A DNA stretch of 64,000 bases from Octopus sinensis (taxonomy: Eukaryota): NCBI RefSeq assembly GCF_006345805.1, contig NC_043000.1:40548001-40612000 (forward strand). The letters are read 5' to 3'. A program made the translations under genes and the position numbers. Below, piece by piece: positions 52,845-64,000 of this stretch; within the stretch, counting starts at the first letter, position 1, and the number at the start of each line of letters is the position of its first letter. The notes under the pieces were generated by a model. That model made no database searches and had not been told where the DNA came from. It saw nothing but the letters and a program-made list of their open reading frames with translations.

Positions 52845-53020
52845 TGCTCTACTTGACGACCGGTGTTGGTTTGTTTACGTTCGAGTAACATAGCAGTTTG
52901 GCAAAATAGATGATAGAATAAGTACCAGATTTTAAAATGATTACTGGGTTCGATTTGTTTCGAGTAAAAATCATTCAGACAGGTGCCCCAGCATGGCCAC
53001 TAACAGAAGCGAAAATAAAA
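52845..53020 (+). mobile_element. SINE family A, 3' half
   Basis: cttgacgaccggtgttggtttgtttacg...gatagaataagtacc...ccagcatggcc. Confidence 0.7.
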
Positions 53021-53381
53021 GATGAAAATTTATATGTTGGGGCGAGGAGAGAAAGTTTGGAAGTTCGAAGGAAGGGAATACACCAGATTGATAGAAATGA
53101 ATGATGAAAAGATAGTGAATGAAAAAAGAAATTTTAACGGAGAAGATAGAATGAGAAGGAGAGTTAGAGAGAGGCGGAAGAAAAGAACGACGTAGATTAA
53201 AAGATCGTGTGGTAGCAGGAGAGTGTAGAGAGATAGTGTGAGGGAGAACAGAAAACTGGAGAGAGACAGGAACAGAGTGAGAGTGAGGGGGGGAGAGAGA
53301 TGTAGTAAGGAGAGGAAGAAAGACTAATAACTAGTAGAAGATTGCAGGGGAGACACACACGCACTCACATACATACATACA

Positions 53382-53417
<36 letters not shown>

Positions 53418-53624
53418 TATATACATACATATATACATATATATATATATCTTAGGTCGATAAATGATACAAAATTAAGCATGACCTCGTGTCATGATTG
53501 ATATCAATACACACACGCACACACATGTGAATGTGTGCATGTGTGTGTGTGTGTGTCTGTGTCTATGCGCGCGCGTATGTATGTATACACATACATGCAT
53601 ATATATATATATATGTTTGTATAT

Positions 53625-53655
<31 letters not shown>

Positions 53656-54479
53656 GTATATGTATATATCGTGACGTATATTTGGCATTTGAATATGGCT
53701 AACCCCTAAGGGTGGATGCTCTGAGATTTATCATTATATGTATATAAATATATATATATATGAATATATATATATGTATATGAATATACATATATATATG
53801 GGGGAGAGAAAGAGAGAGAGAGAATACTGGCAAAAATAGACAGAATAACAGATTACAGAAAGATGAGAGCGTGAAGAAGAAGAAGAGAAGAAGAAGAAGA
53901 AGAAGAAGAAGAAGAAGAAGAGAAGAAGAAGAAGAAGAAGAAGAAGAAGAAGAAGAAGAAGAGGAGGAGGAGGAGGAGGAGGAAGAGGAGCGAATAATAG
54001 AATTAGTACCATCTGGTCTTTGGATGTATATAATGTTCTTCAGTAACAAACGTTCAAAGTAGAACCTTCGGATGACACAACTGCCCCTCCCCACCACTAC
54101 CATCACCAGTCCTACACATATATTTCCAACGGACATTGACCTGTAAACTGGTCACTGACCGCCACAATATCGGCAGTTAGGTCTCAGGGACCTGCTAAGT
54201 TCATGGCCAGTCATCAACCTCCTCTCACTAATATAAAATGTCGTATGCATGTGAACACAAGAGGGAAAATGCAAAAACAAGAAACTAAGAGAGAGAGAGA
54301 AGGGGGGGGGTAAAGAAAGTATACGTTGTGTTAGAGAGAGAAACAGAGATATAAAAAAGTGCTATAAAGGGAGAGTATAATGAGCGCTAGTGGCAAGAGT
54401 TTGGTTACGTAAAAGAGTTCTAAAAAATCAAGCATAAAAAGTGTTAGATAGGGAGAAAGAGCGTAATAAAAAGAATGCG

Positions 54480-54541
<62 letters not shown>

Positions 54542-54659
54542 TAATAGCGAGAGATGATAAAAGAAACTACAAAGGAGATGAGTAAAAAAAGAGCAGGGAA
54601 GTACAAGTAAAGAAAGAAAAGAATGAAAAAAATATTATAATCTACGCTATTACTAGTCG

Positions 54660-55440
54660 CATTCTCTCTCTCCTTTTCTCTCTCTCTCTCTCCCTCTCTC
54701 TTTCCTCCTTTCTCCTTCACTCTCCCTTCTCTTCCTTTTTGTTTGCCTCACTCTCTCTCTATCTCCATTCTTTCTCTCCCTCTCTTTCCCTTTTCCTTCT
54801 CTCAAATTTTTTCCTCTCCCTCAGCTTTCTCTTATATCACTGACTGTCTATTTGTCTTCCTCTCACTTTGTCCCTCTTCTCTCTCCCTCTCACTCTTTCT
54901 TTCACCTTCTCTCTTTTTCTCTCCCTTTCTCTCCTTCCCTCTGTCTTCCTTTCTTTCTTTTTTCTTTCTTTCACTCTCCTCCCACTCTTCTTTCTTTGCC
55001 CCTCACCTCTCATGTTCTCCCCCCTCTCTCCCTCTCCATGTCTCCCTCTTTCTCTCCCCTCTCCCTTTTCTCTCCCTCTCCCTTTCTCCTTCCCTTCCTC
55101 ACTCCCTTTCTCTCTCTTTATTCCTCTCCCTCCCCTCCCTCTTTTTCTTTCTTACCCCCTCTCACTCTACACTCTCGCTTTTCACTCTCTCTCTTCGCCC
55201 CTCTCTCTTTCATCCTCTCCTTTTTCTCTCTCTCCGTCTCTCCCACTTTCTCTCCTTCCATTTCTCTCTCTTTCTCTCTCACTCTCTCTCTCTCTCTTTC
55301 TCTCTCACTCTCTCTCTTCTTCTCTCTCTCCCCTCTCTCCCTTTTTCTTTTCTAGCTTTCTCTCCTTCTCCTTCTGTCCCCTACCTTTCTCCCCCTACCT
55401 TTCTCCCTCTACTTTTCTCCCCCTCCCTCTCTGCCAACCC
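54660..55440. repeat. Polypyrimidine (CT-rich) low-complexity tract
   Basis: Almost exclusively C/T on the + strand; source of the S/L/F/P ORFs. Confidence 0.9.
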
Positions 55441-55583
55441 CCACCAGTGGTACCATTCTTGTTCCAGTTTCCATCAAAGAAGCATGGTTTTCCTCTGAAA
55501 CAGATTATTTCCAATGAAGTGAAAAATTACGGCTTTCTTCATTTAAATCTCAAGGGAAACAGAAACACGTACACGCATGCACA

Positions 55584-55626
<43 letters not shown>

Positions 55627-55719
55627 ACACACACCACAGCAGCAACGACAACGGCAACATCAGCAACAAAAATAATTTTTTCGTTATTATGGTTTGGTGT
55701 TGTCATCATATTTGCCAAC

Positions 55720-56115
55720 ATCATCATCACAATCATCATTCCTTACACCGTCTTCGTCACGACTATCACCATCATAATCACCATAGCTAGAGCACCACCA
55801 CCACCACCACTACAACACAACCATCACCACCATTGTCACTATCATCATCGTCATCATCACAATCATCATTCCTTACACCGTCTTCGTCACGACTATCACC
55901 ATCATCATCACCATAGCTAGAGCACCACCACCACCACCACCACTACAACCACAACCATCATCCCCATTGTCACTATCATCATCGTCATCATCACAATCAT
56001 CATTCCTTACACCGTCTTCGTCACGACTATCACCATCATCGTCACCATAGCTAGAGCACCACCACCACTACAACCACAACCATAATCACCATTGTCACTC
56101 TCATCATCGTCATCA
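55720..56115 (+). repeat. ~130-134-bp minisatellite, 3 copies
   Basis: aatcatcattccttacaccgtcttcgtcacgactatcacc starts at 55731, 55861 and 55995. Confidence 0.9.
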
Positions 56116-56561
56116 ACATCAGCATCATCATTATCATCGTTGTCGTCGTCATCATGTTTTCGTTTAATTTAGTTTTCAGCTACAATCAAAATGCCGAAGA
56201 TAAAAAGAAAGACAAATAAATACACGTTTTGTTTCAATTTTCCACTTGTTTCCTTCTTGAATAAAACTCAAATGCCACTTATTTAAATTCCACTGGGACA
56301 AAAATACCAACAATGCAAAGTCAGTCTTCTTCATTCTTGAACTTCATTTTTCTTTTTTCTTTCTTGTTTTTTGTTGTTTTTTCTTAAAGCTCTTCTTCTT
56401 CTTCTTCTTCTTCTTCTTCTTCTTCTTCTTCTTCTTCTTCTTCTTCTTCTTCTTCTTTTCTTCTTTTCTCTTCTTCTTCTTCTTCTTCTTCTTCTTCTTC
56501 TTCTCTTCTTTCTTTTCTTCTTAATTTTCTTTTCCGTCTATCTCTTTTTCATCTTCCACTA

Positions 56562-56593
<32 letters not shown>

Positions 56594-56669
56594 GTTCCCA
56601 AATGTTTTTGTGAACCCTTGGTGGTTAATAACGGAAGCATTATTATTATTGTTATTATTATTATTATTA

Positions 56670-56706
<37 letters not shown>

Positions 56707-57209
56707 ATCATCATCATCATCATCGTCGTCATCATCATTATTAGTTTAATCCTATTCAGTATAGAATGGCAACGTTCATTCATCGCTTCAGTTGCATTTG
56801 TGTATTTAACGAAGTTCTAGTTAGAGTTACATTGCGTGTTTAACGGAATTATACATGTGTTAAAAGAACAAGAAAGGGAGGCTGGGAGAGAGAGAGAGAG
56901 AGAGAGAGAGTAAAGAAAACACAAAAAATGTTTGTGATGTCAAAATTTGTGAATGGATTGAGATGAAATGAAATGAACAAAGCTTCAATCTGCAGTAGAA
57001 GCTAATTTATTTTACTTGTAACTATATTATTATTTCTCTTGAGATATGTATTAAGGTCACAGCATCCCTTTTCCTCTTTGCCCTGTTACAGAGTGCCGTC
57101 AATAATACACCATTATTATCAAAGCGTAAAATTTGGAATCCTATGGAACTTCTTATGTTCAACGTTGGCAACAACTTGTTCCTTGAATATATTATTTTCG
57201 TAATTGCCA

Positions 57210-57250
57210 TGAGATTTGACGACGTTTCGGAACATTTGTCCTTCATCAGA
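57210..57250 (-). ncRNA. Degenerate minimal hammerhead core
   Basis: CTGATGA-A-GGACAAATGTTCC-GAAA-CGTCGTC; stem I absent (5' side replaced by (CT)n). Confidence 0.35.
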
Positions 57251-59524
57251 GAGAGAAAAAGCGAGAGAGGCAGAGAAAGAGAGAGAAAGGGAGAGTAATG
57301 CTGTCACTTGAGTAGTTCAGTAAATGATGGAGGAGAAAGATGGGGTGAGTGGCTCATAGATCTAGAGTACGATGTTGTTTAATCCTAAATCAGCTTTGAA
57401 CGAACTGAAAGATCAACGGTCAAAAATATTCCAACCATGTTTTGTTTTGTTTTCCTGTATGTAAAAACCTAAAGTCAAATGTGATCTTTTTAAAATATGG
57501 TAAAGTGTGTATTAGAGACAGACTTGGCTGCTATTTCAAGTGCAATGAGGAACAAGACTTGCATAAATTAGACTGCTCTGATTATACATCTGTAGGCCAT
57601 GAAGAGAATTTTCGTAATCAAGAAATTCTGTGTATTCTATGGAGACACTAATCAACTCAAGATGGATCATTCAAGAGAAAGGGGGAAAGAGACATTCACA
57701 GATAGGCAAAGAATTGTTAGAGTAGGATTGGTGACCAAACCAGTAGTAAACCAGCCAGTAGAACAAAACGAGTTTTTAAAGAGTTATATAAGAATATCAT
57801 TTAGAAAAATACTTATAGCTAAAAGAACAATTTTAAATGTACAATCATTGTTTCTTCTTCTGATCAATACTAACTTTATACTAACCCCCATTCTCCAATC
57901 CTTCATACCTAGAATTGAACCCCTGCCCATGTTGGTTGTTCAAGAAGATCAACTACGTTGGTTCTCATCGTCTCATGGTGCAACAGTCAGAGAAATTCGA
58001 ATAACATACAATCAATAACGATGAACACACTTAAATCAACAGATTAAAAGAATGTTGGTAGAACCAAGAAAAAAGAACAACCAAATTAAAGCATAACCAA
58101 CCGATCTAAAATTAATGCGTGGAACCGCAGCAAATACAAATGGCTTATTGGAGAAGTTAGTTGATCTTTTTGACGTCAATGTAGTAAAATCAAATTCCTA
58201 AAGAAAATAGACATCTTGGGGATAATGTTGTGGAGGTTACGAATGTAGTATTCAAGATATAGTTTCTGATTTATTGCAGTAATATTTATCAACACACCTG
58301 GAACAAAGAATGAATGCTCTTGGATTCTTAGAAAAAGACCATGGCTTCCTATTTCAAATAGATGACCACGTTTGCTGTGATAATAAAGGTCAGCAAGACC
58401 TCCTTCAAAATTAAAGAGCTTATGGCTGAACAAACAATACCAAAAGACCAAAGCAATCTTCCACTCTCTTTGTCTCTCTCTCTCTCTCTCTCTCTCCTCT
58501 TTCATTCCTTTCACTTTTTCTCCCCTTCTCTCTTTCTTCTTTTATCATCCCTCTCACCTTTTCTTCTCCCTTTTCTCTCTCCCCGCCTCTCTCTCTGTTT
58601 CGTGAAAGTTAGTTGCCCAGCAGTTGTTAATATTCAAGGTAAGAAAAGAAGTAAACATACTTGTCGATATAATGAGAAATCTTCAGATACTATGCCCGGA
58701 CTATCTAGATTTATCGATTTATATTTATGAATATTGGAATCCAGTACTATATATCTAACTGCTTCGGCATCAATCTTGGAAGGCTTAGATTTTAAAAAAA
58801 GCGAACAGAAACAATACTTCTAACTAAAATAACCATGTATGCATCATACTTAAAGAATATACACCGTTTACGGGCCAGTTACTGCGATAACATCTGTTAT
58901 GGACGTGTTGTGTTAAAAAAGACCAGAAATATCGGAGGGAAGCCAAGAATTAGTCCCAACAATCGCCAGCGAGAATTATTGATGCATTTTAGCCTTTTCG
59001 AGCCGTTTCAATGAGCGTACTAATAGCCAGCTACAGGCGGAACGAATTTTTCTATTCGTTCACAAGAGATGTTATCTCAGAACAAGTATTGCAATAACTG
59101 GCCTATCGACAGTGTATATACATTAAGTATGATACATAGATGACTATATTAATTCAATACTGTCTCAGTTGTGTATACCGAACTTCTTGTTAAGAAAATA
59201 TATTGAGAAGTCATTAGTGGAACGCAAAAGTACGTAAAAGATTCCAGAATTTTAACCTGTTGTATGCACATATACACACGTACAGATATGTCACATAAAT
59301 CAGCACATACATCCAATCACGTGCATTCTACAACGCACGCACACACACACAACACACACACACACACACCATACACATACGCACATATTATTTGGTTATT
59401 GATATATACTCTTATGTATTGATTTCTAATTACTCTGTTTGTTCCACCAAATTTCTATATAAATGTGTATGTGCGTGAACACGTGTGAATGGTGCAAATG
59501 CATACAAACAAAGATATATATATA

Positions 59525-59633
<109 letters not shown>

Positions 59634-60224
59634 TACATACAACAAGCAGCCTTCGTTAAGAAAATATGCTGTTTTCCACCATTATCACTATCATCCCGCA
59701 CACACACCCACACGCCTCACAGATTACCAAAAATCACGCAGTAAATAATAATCGAACCAAACTAGTGAATTCTTCTGAGAAGATCGCAAACAATACGGGC
59801 AACGACCGATGCAGTAACAATAAAACTGAAACGAACATGCTACCATTACCCGAACGATCAGTAACTCATTATGAACAAACAGTAACAACGAGTGAAGAAT
59901 AACAGATATCTAAAAGAACATTTAGCAACAAAATTCAAACAGAACTTCACCATCTATGTTAATAAATAATTAAACGAGAGAACATTTACAACACGAATCG
60001 ATAGAAAACCGATTGACCTGATATTATCCGCAATGGACGAAGTAGCTAGAGAAACTGTTAACAGAGATTAAAATTTCCGACTTTTGGACATTGAATGTTC
60101 TACTGTGCTGCGATTACCATTCGCCAATAGAGGGAAGTAGCGGAGATCGATCGTAATGAGAAGAAACAACCAAAACGAATTACTTCTCTCCAGGCACTTA
60201 TCGACAAACGCAGGATATATATTG

Positions 60225-60436
60225 ATTTCAAATTTTGGCACATGGTCAGCGATTACGGGGAAGGGATTAATTGATTACATCGACCCAAGTACTCAACCGG
60301 TACTTATTTGATCGACACCAAAACGTTGAGAAGCAGAGTTGACCTCGACGGAATTTGAACTCAGAACGTAAAGGCGGACGAAATGCCGCTAATCATTTTA
60401 CCCGGCGCGGTAACGATTCTGCCAGCTCGCCGCCTT
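60225..60436 (-). mobile_element. SINE family B with 17-bp TSD
   Basis: acgcaggatatatattg at 60208-60224 versus acgcaggataaatattg at 60437-60453. Confidence 0.85.
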
Positions 60437-60472
60437 ACGCAGGATAAATATTGGGCAGCTAGATGCTATCAT

Positions 60473-60790
60473 TAAGGCGGTGAGCTGGCAGGATTGTGTT
60501 AGCTCGCCGGACAATATGCTTAGCGGTATTTCGTCGGCCGTTGCGTTCTGAGTTCAAATTCCGCCGAGGTCGACTTTGCCTTTCATCCTTTCGGGGTCGA
60601 TTAAATAAGTACCAGTTACGCACTAGGGTCGATATAATCGACTTAATCCGTCTGTCTGTCCTTGTTTGTCCCTTCTGTGTTTAGCCCCTTGTAGGTAGTA
60701 AAGAAATAGGTATTTCATCTGTCTTTACGTTCTGAGTTCAAATTCCGCCTAGATCAACTTTACCTTTCTTCCTATCGGGGTCGATAAAAT
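60473..60790 (+). mobile_element. SINE family B with partial second body
   Basis: aaggcggtgagctggcagg...gaaataggtatttcatctgtctttacgttctgagttcaaattccgcc. Confidence 0.85.
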
Positions 60791-60939
60791 TAGTATACTG
60801 AACTTCTAGTTAAGAAAATATATTGAGAAGTCATTAGTGGAACGCAAAAGTACGTAAAAGATTCCAGAATTTAAACCTGTTATATGCACATATACACACG
60901 TACATATATGTCACATAAATCAACACATACATCCAGTGC

Positions 60940-61230
60940 ACCGTTGTAGAGGTCAACTGCCTGGCGGATGAGAATGCCAAAAACTGAGGAAAAGAAGAAC
61001 ATATATGGAGAACTGATGAGAACATACAGCGCTTATATCAAGGCTATGCATGTTCATATGCTCCAATTATCATATGTGCACTGAGTTACGTAACAACAGT
61101 TCTGTATAGAAAGCTAGAATTGATTGGGTTCTCCAGATAATAACAGAACAAACTGATTCGCATTCTCCAGAGGCATCGATCGGAATAACAGAAAATTTTC
61201 CACACAATTTAGGGATTTTGCATTTGAAGT
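60940..61230 (+). mobile_element. R4/Dong-like LINE extreme 3' fragment
   Basis: TVVEVNCLADEN; PIIICALSYV..LYRKLELIGFS; same region as 44860-45300. Confidence 0.6.
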
Positions 61231-61968
61231 CCCTGGGCGAGCATAAGCACACAATCACAAAAACACGTAAAATACATAAATACATACACGCGCACACATA
61301 AAGACAGTAATAAAACACACGCACTTGTGTTCTATCGCGACGCACACCCCCACAACTACAGGCGTACACATATTTACATACATCAAGCAATTCAGAAAAC
61401 CACAAACCCCAAGAATTATTGTCTCAAACAAAAGAGCATTGCCACGTTGTTATTGACCGGCTTGAAAAGTGGGGGAAAAACCTTAAATGTCCAAGAGTCA
61501 TACATACACTGAAATCCAGTGAAAGAGTTTTGTTTCTGGGTTCAACACCAGCTAGTTCTCTATTGGTGAGAAATATTTTAAAATTAGATGTACATATATG
61601 CTGAAGTAATAACCCCTAAAAAATGGAAATTTTTGGACGAAGAACCAGAACATCAAATGTACACTTTATAATTTCAATCTGTAAGTAAAACTATAAAAAT
61701 AATGTGCAAATATTTTTTGCTGCTGTTGTTATCTACATTTCGGTGATGGAGCTTCGTTTCTTTGTTTGAAATTAGCCCCTTATTTTTTTTACTTATATTT
61801 CAAAGAATTAAAATAGAAACGCAAGTGAAATGAAGAAAACTTCGCTTTTAAAGTCCAGCATGTGATTCTACAAACTTGATGTCCCCTAAATTAAAGTAAA
61901 GAAGCACACACACATACACACACACACACACATACATACACACACACACACACACCACACACACACAG

Positions 61969-62000
<32 letters not shown>

Positions 62001-62004
62001 GTAT

Positions 62005-62049
<45 letters not shown>

Positions 62050-62157
62050 TTACTTTGAAGACTCACATCACTTTTATTGGAGATATTATTCATTTATGTA
62101 TGTGTATGTATGAATCGAAAATAGATATATATATATGTGTGTGTGTGTGTGTATGTA

Positions 62158-62205
<48 letters not shown>

Positions 62206-62854
62206 TTGATAGACAAATAGAGAGACAAACAGAAAGGAAAAAGATATATATATATATATACACACACACATACATACACACACATACATACATACATACA
62301 TACATACATACATACATACAAACATACTTACATACATACATACATACATATATACATACATACATACATATAAATGCATAAAAACAAAACATATATATAT
62401 ATGTATACATATATAGTCTGCTGCTATTCATATAGTAATGCTACAAAAACACACACTAACATTGTGTTAGCAATAACGATCAGGTTTTACTGAAAATAAA
62501 CTAATTTAATTAAGAAAAAAGATGGCGAATATGAAAAAAAAGGAAGAATTTCGAAAATTAAATATTTGAATAGTAAAGATACCAATAAAAACAATTTTGA
62601 AACTCTAAACGTTTCAACAAGTAAACATATATATGAGGGAGAAACACAAATAAATATACATATATGGGATCAATATATGTACAGGTTCGTCTGTGTGTGT
62701 GTTTAAAGAAAATCTTTTTCCCTAGCAGAAATTTAAAGTTAATTAAATTTTATTTCTTTTTCTGTCTCGTTTTTTTCCCCAACCCCTTTATCAGCAAAAG
62801 ATATGTCAGCAGCGTCTTTGGGAGAGTATGATAACAACAATAATAATCCTTTCT

Positions 62855-63046
62855 ACTATAGACAAAAAGCCTGAAATTTAAGGGGAGGGGGTAGTCAATA
62901 ACATTGTCCTCAGTACTCAACTGGCATTTATCGACCGGGAGCATAAAAGGCAAAACCAACCTCGGCGGTATTTGAACTCAGAACCTAAAGACAGACAAAA
63001 TGTTGCTAAATATCTTGTTCGGAGTGCTAATGATTCTGCCAGATTA
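62855..63046 (-). mobile_element. SINE family B, degenerate
   Basis: Reverse body and head. Confidence 0.75.
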
Positions 63047-63648
63047 CCTATTTCTTTACTGCCCACAAGGGACTACACACAGAGAGGACAAACAAGGACA
63101 GACAAACGAATTAAGTCGATTATATCGACCCCAGTGCGTAACTGGTACTTATTTAATTGACCCCGAAAGGATGAAGGCAAAGTCGACCTAGGTGGAATTT
63201 GAACTCAGAACGTAGCGGCAGACGAAATACCTATTTCGTTACTACCCACAAGGGGCTAAACACAGAGGGGACAAACAAGGACAGACAAACAGATTAAGTC
63301 GATTATATCGATCCCAGTGTGTAACTGGTACTTAATTTATCGACCCCGAAAGGATGAAAGGCAAAGTCGACCTCGGCGGAATTTGAACTCAGAACGTAAC
63401 GGCAGACAAAATACCTATTTCTTTATTACCCACAAGGGGCTAAACACAGAGAGAATAAACAAGGACAGACATAGGTATTAAGTCGATTACATCGACCCCA
63501 GTTCGTAACTGGTACTTAATTTATCGACCCCGAAAGGATGAAAGGCAAAGTCGACCTCGGCGGAATTTGAACTCACAACGTAACGCAGACGAAATACCGC
63601 TAAGCATTTCGTCCGGCGTGCTTATGTTTCTGCCAGCTCGCCGCCTTA
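63047..63648 (-). mobile_element. SINE family B trimer: one head plus three tandem ~183-bp bodies
   Basis: Units at 63047-63229, 63230-63413 and 63414-63596; head at 63597-63648. Confidence 0.9.
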
Positions 63649-64000
63649 AATTAGAAACAATTATTACAACAGCTCGTGTTTACATAGTGTTATAGAATAA
63701 AAGTAAGGCACTCTAGAGCTTACTCAGCAACATAGTTTCGATTTCTGGGTCGGTGTCATACTCCTCCACGCCGTTAATAATCTTGAGAAAATCAATGTTG
63801 TGAAAAACATCTTATTTTATTCCTATCAGCAAATCCATTTTAGGGGCGGGGTTCCTATAAATCAGCTTAGGGCTAACATGGGCTTAAACTATATATATAT
63901 ATTTTTTTCCGCTATTAAAATTTCATTTACACGCAAACACAACACCCATATAATAACAGAAGTGTGAGCCAGATAGTCCTCAAATCACATCTATTGTAAA

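Noticed and set aside
54134-54156. TGACCT-gtaaac-TGGTCA everted nuclear-receptor-like repeat with a forkhead-like spacer
   Set aside because: Single short motif with no independent support.
57599-58450. 139-aa ORF and nearby RT-like words (LRWF, IDD)
   Set aside because: Too degenerate to assign; possibly LINE debris but no coherent motif order.
63700-63815. Minus-strand DVFHNIDFLKIINGVEEYDTDPEIETMLL with a ga|gtaagc donor
   Set aside because: Short, no polypyrimidine acceptor, no recognisable homology; cannot be supported as an exon.

Overview
Repeat-saturated, AT-rich eukaryotic DNA. The two dominant tRNA-derived SINE families, the microsatellite load and the TE mix resemble octopus (cephalopod) genomes; this assignment is inference from recognition, not a database result. 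I find no convincing host protein-coding exon, and almost all long ORFs in the track are microsatellite artefacts. The real coding signal is all decayed mobile elements: a CR1-group LINE, two RTE LINEs, four R4/Dong-like fragments, a Tx1/L1-like fragment, two or three Penelope-like (PLE) remnants, and three mariner copies (one full length with TIRs and TA TSD), plus Helitron-like and MITE-like elements. There is also an intron-containing elongator tRNA-Met (pseudo)gene. The most striking unexplained signal is seven type I hammerhead-ribozyme (HHR) folds, ranging from intact to degenerate. Three of them (34.1, 36.9 and 50.9 kb) have a strongly extended, structured stem II, and two of those belong to one >=330-bp repeat family. 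Other notable items are a SINE-head/RTE chimera, head-to-tail SINE multimers and a Pbx/Hox/Meis motif cluster.
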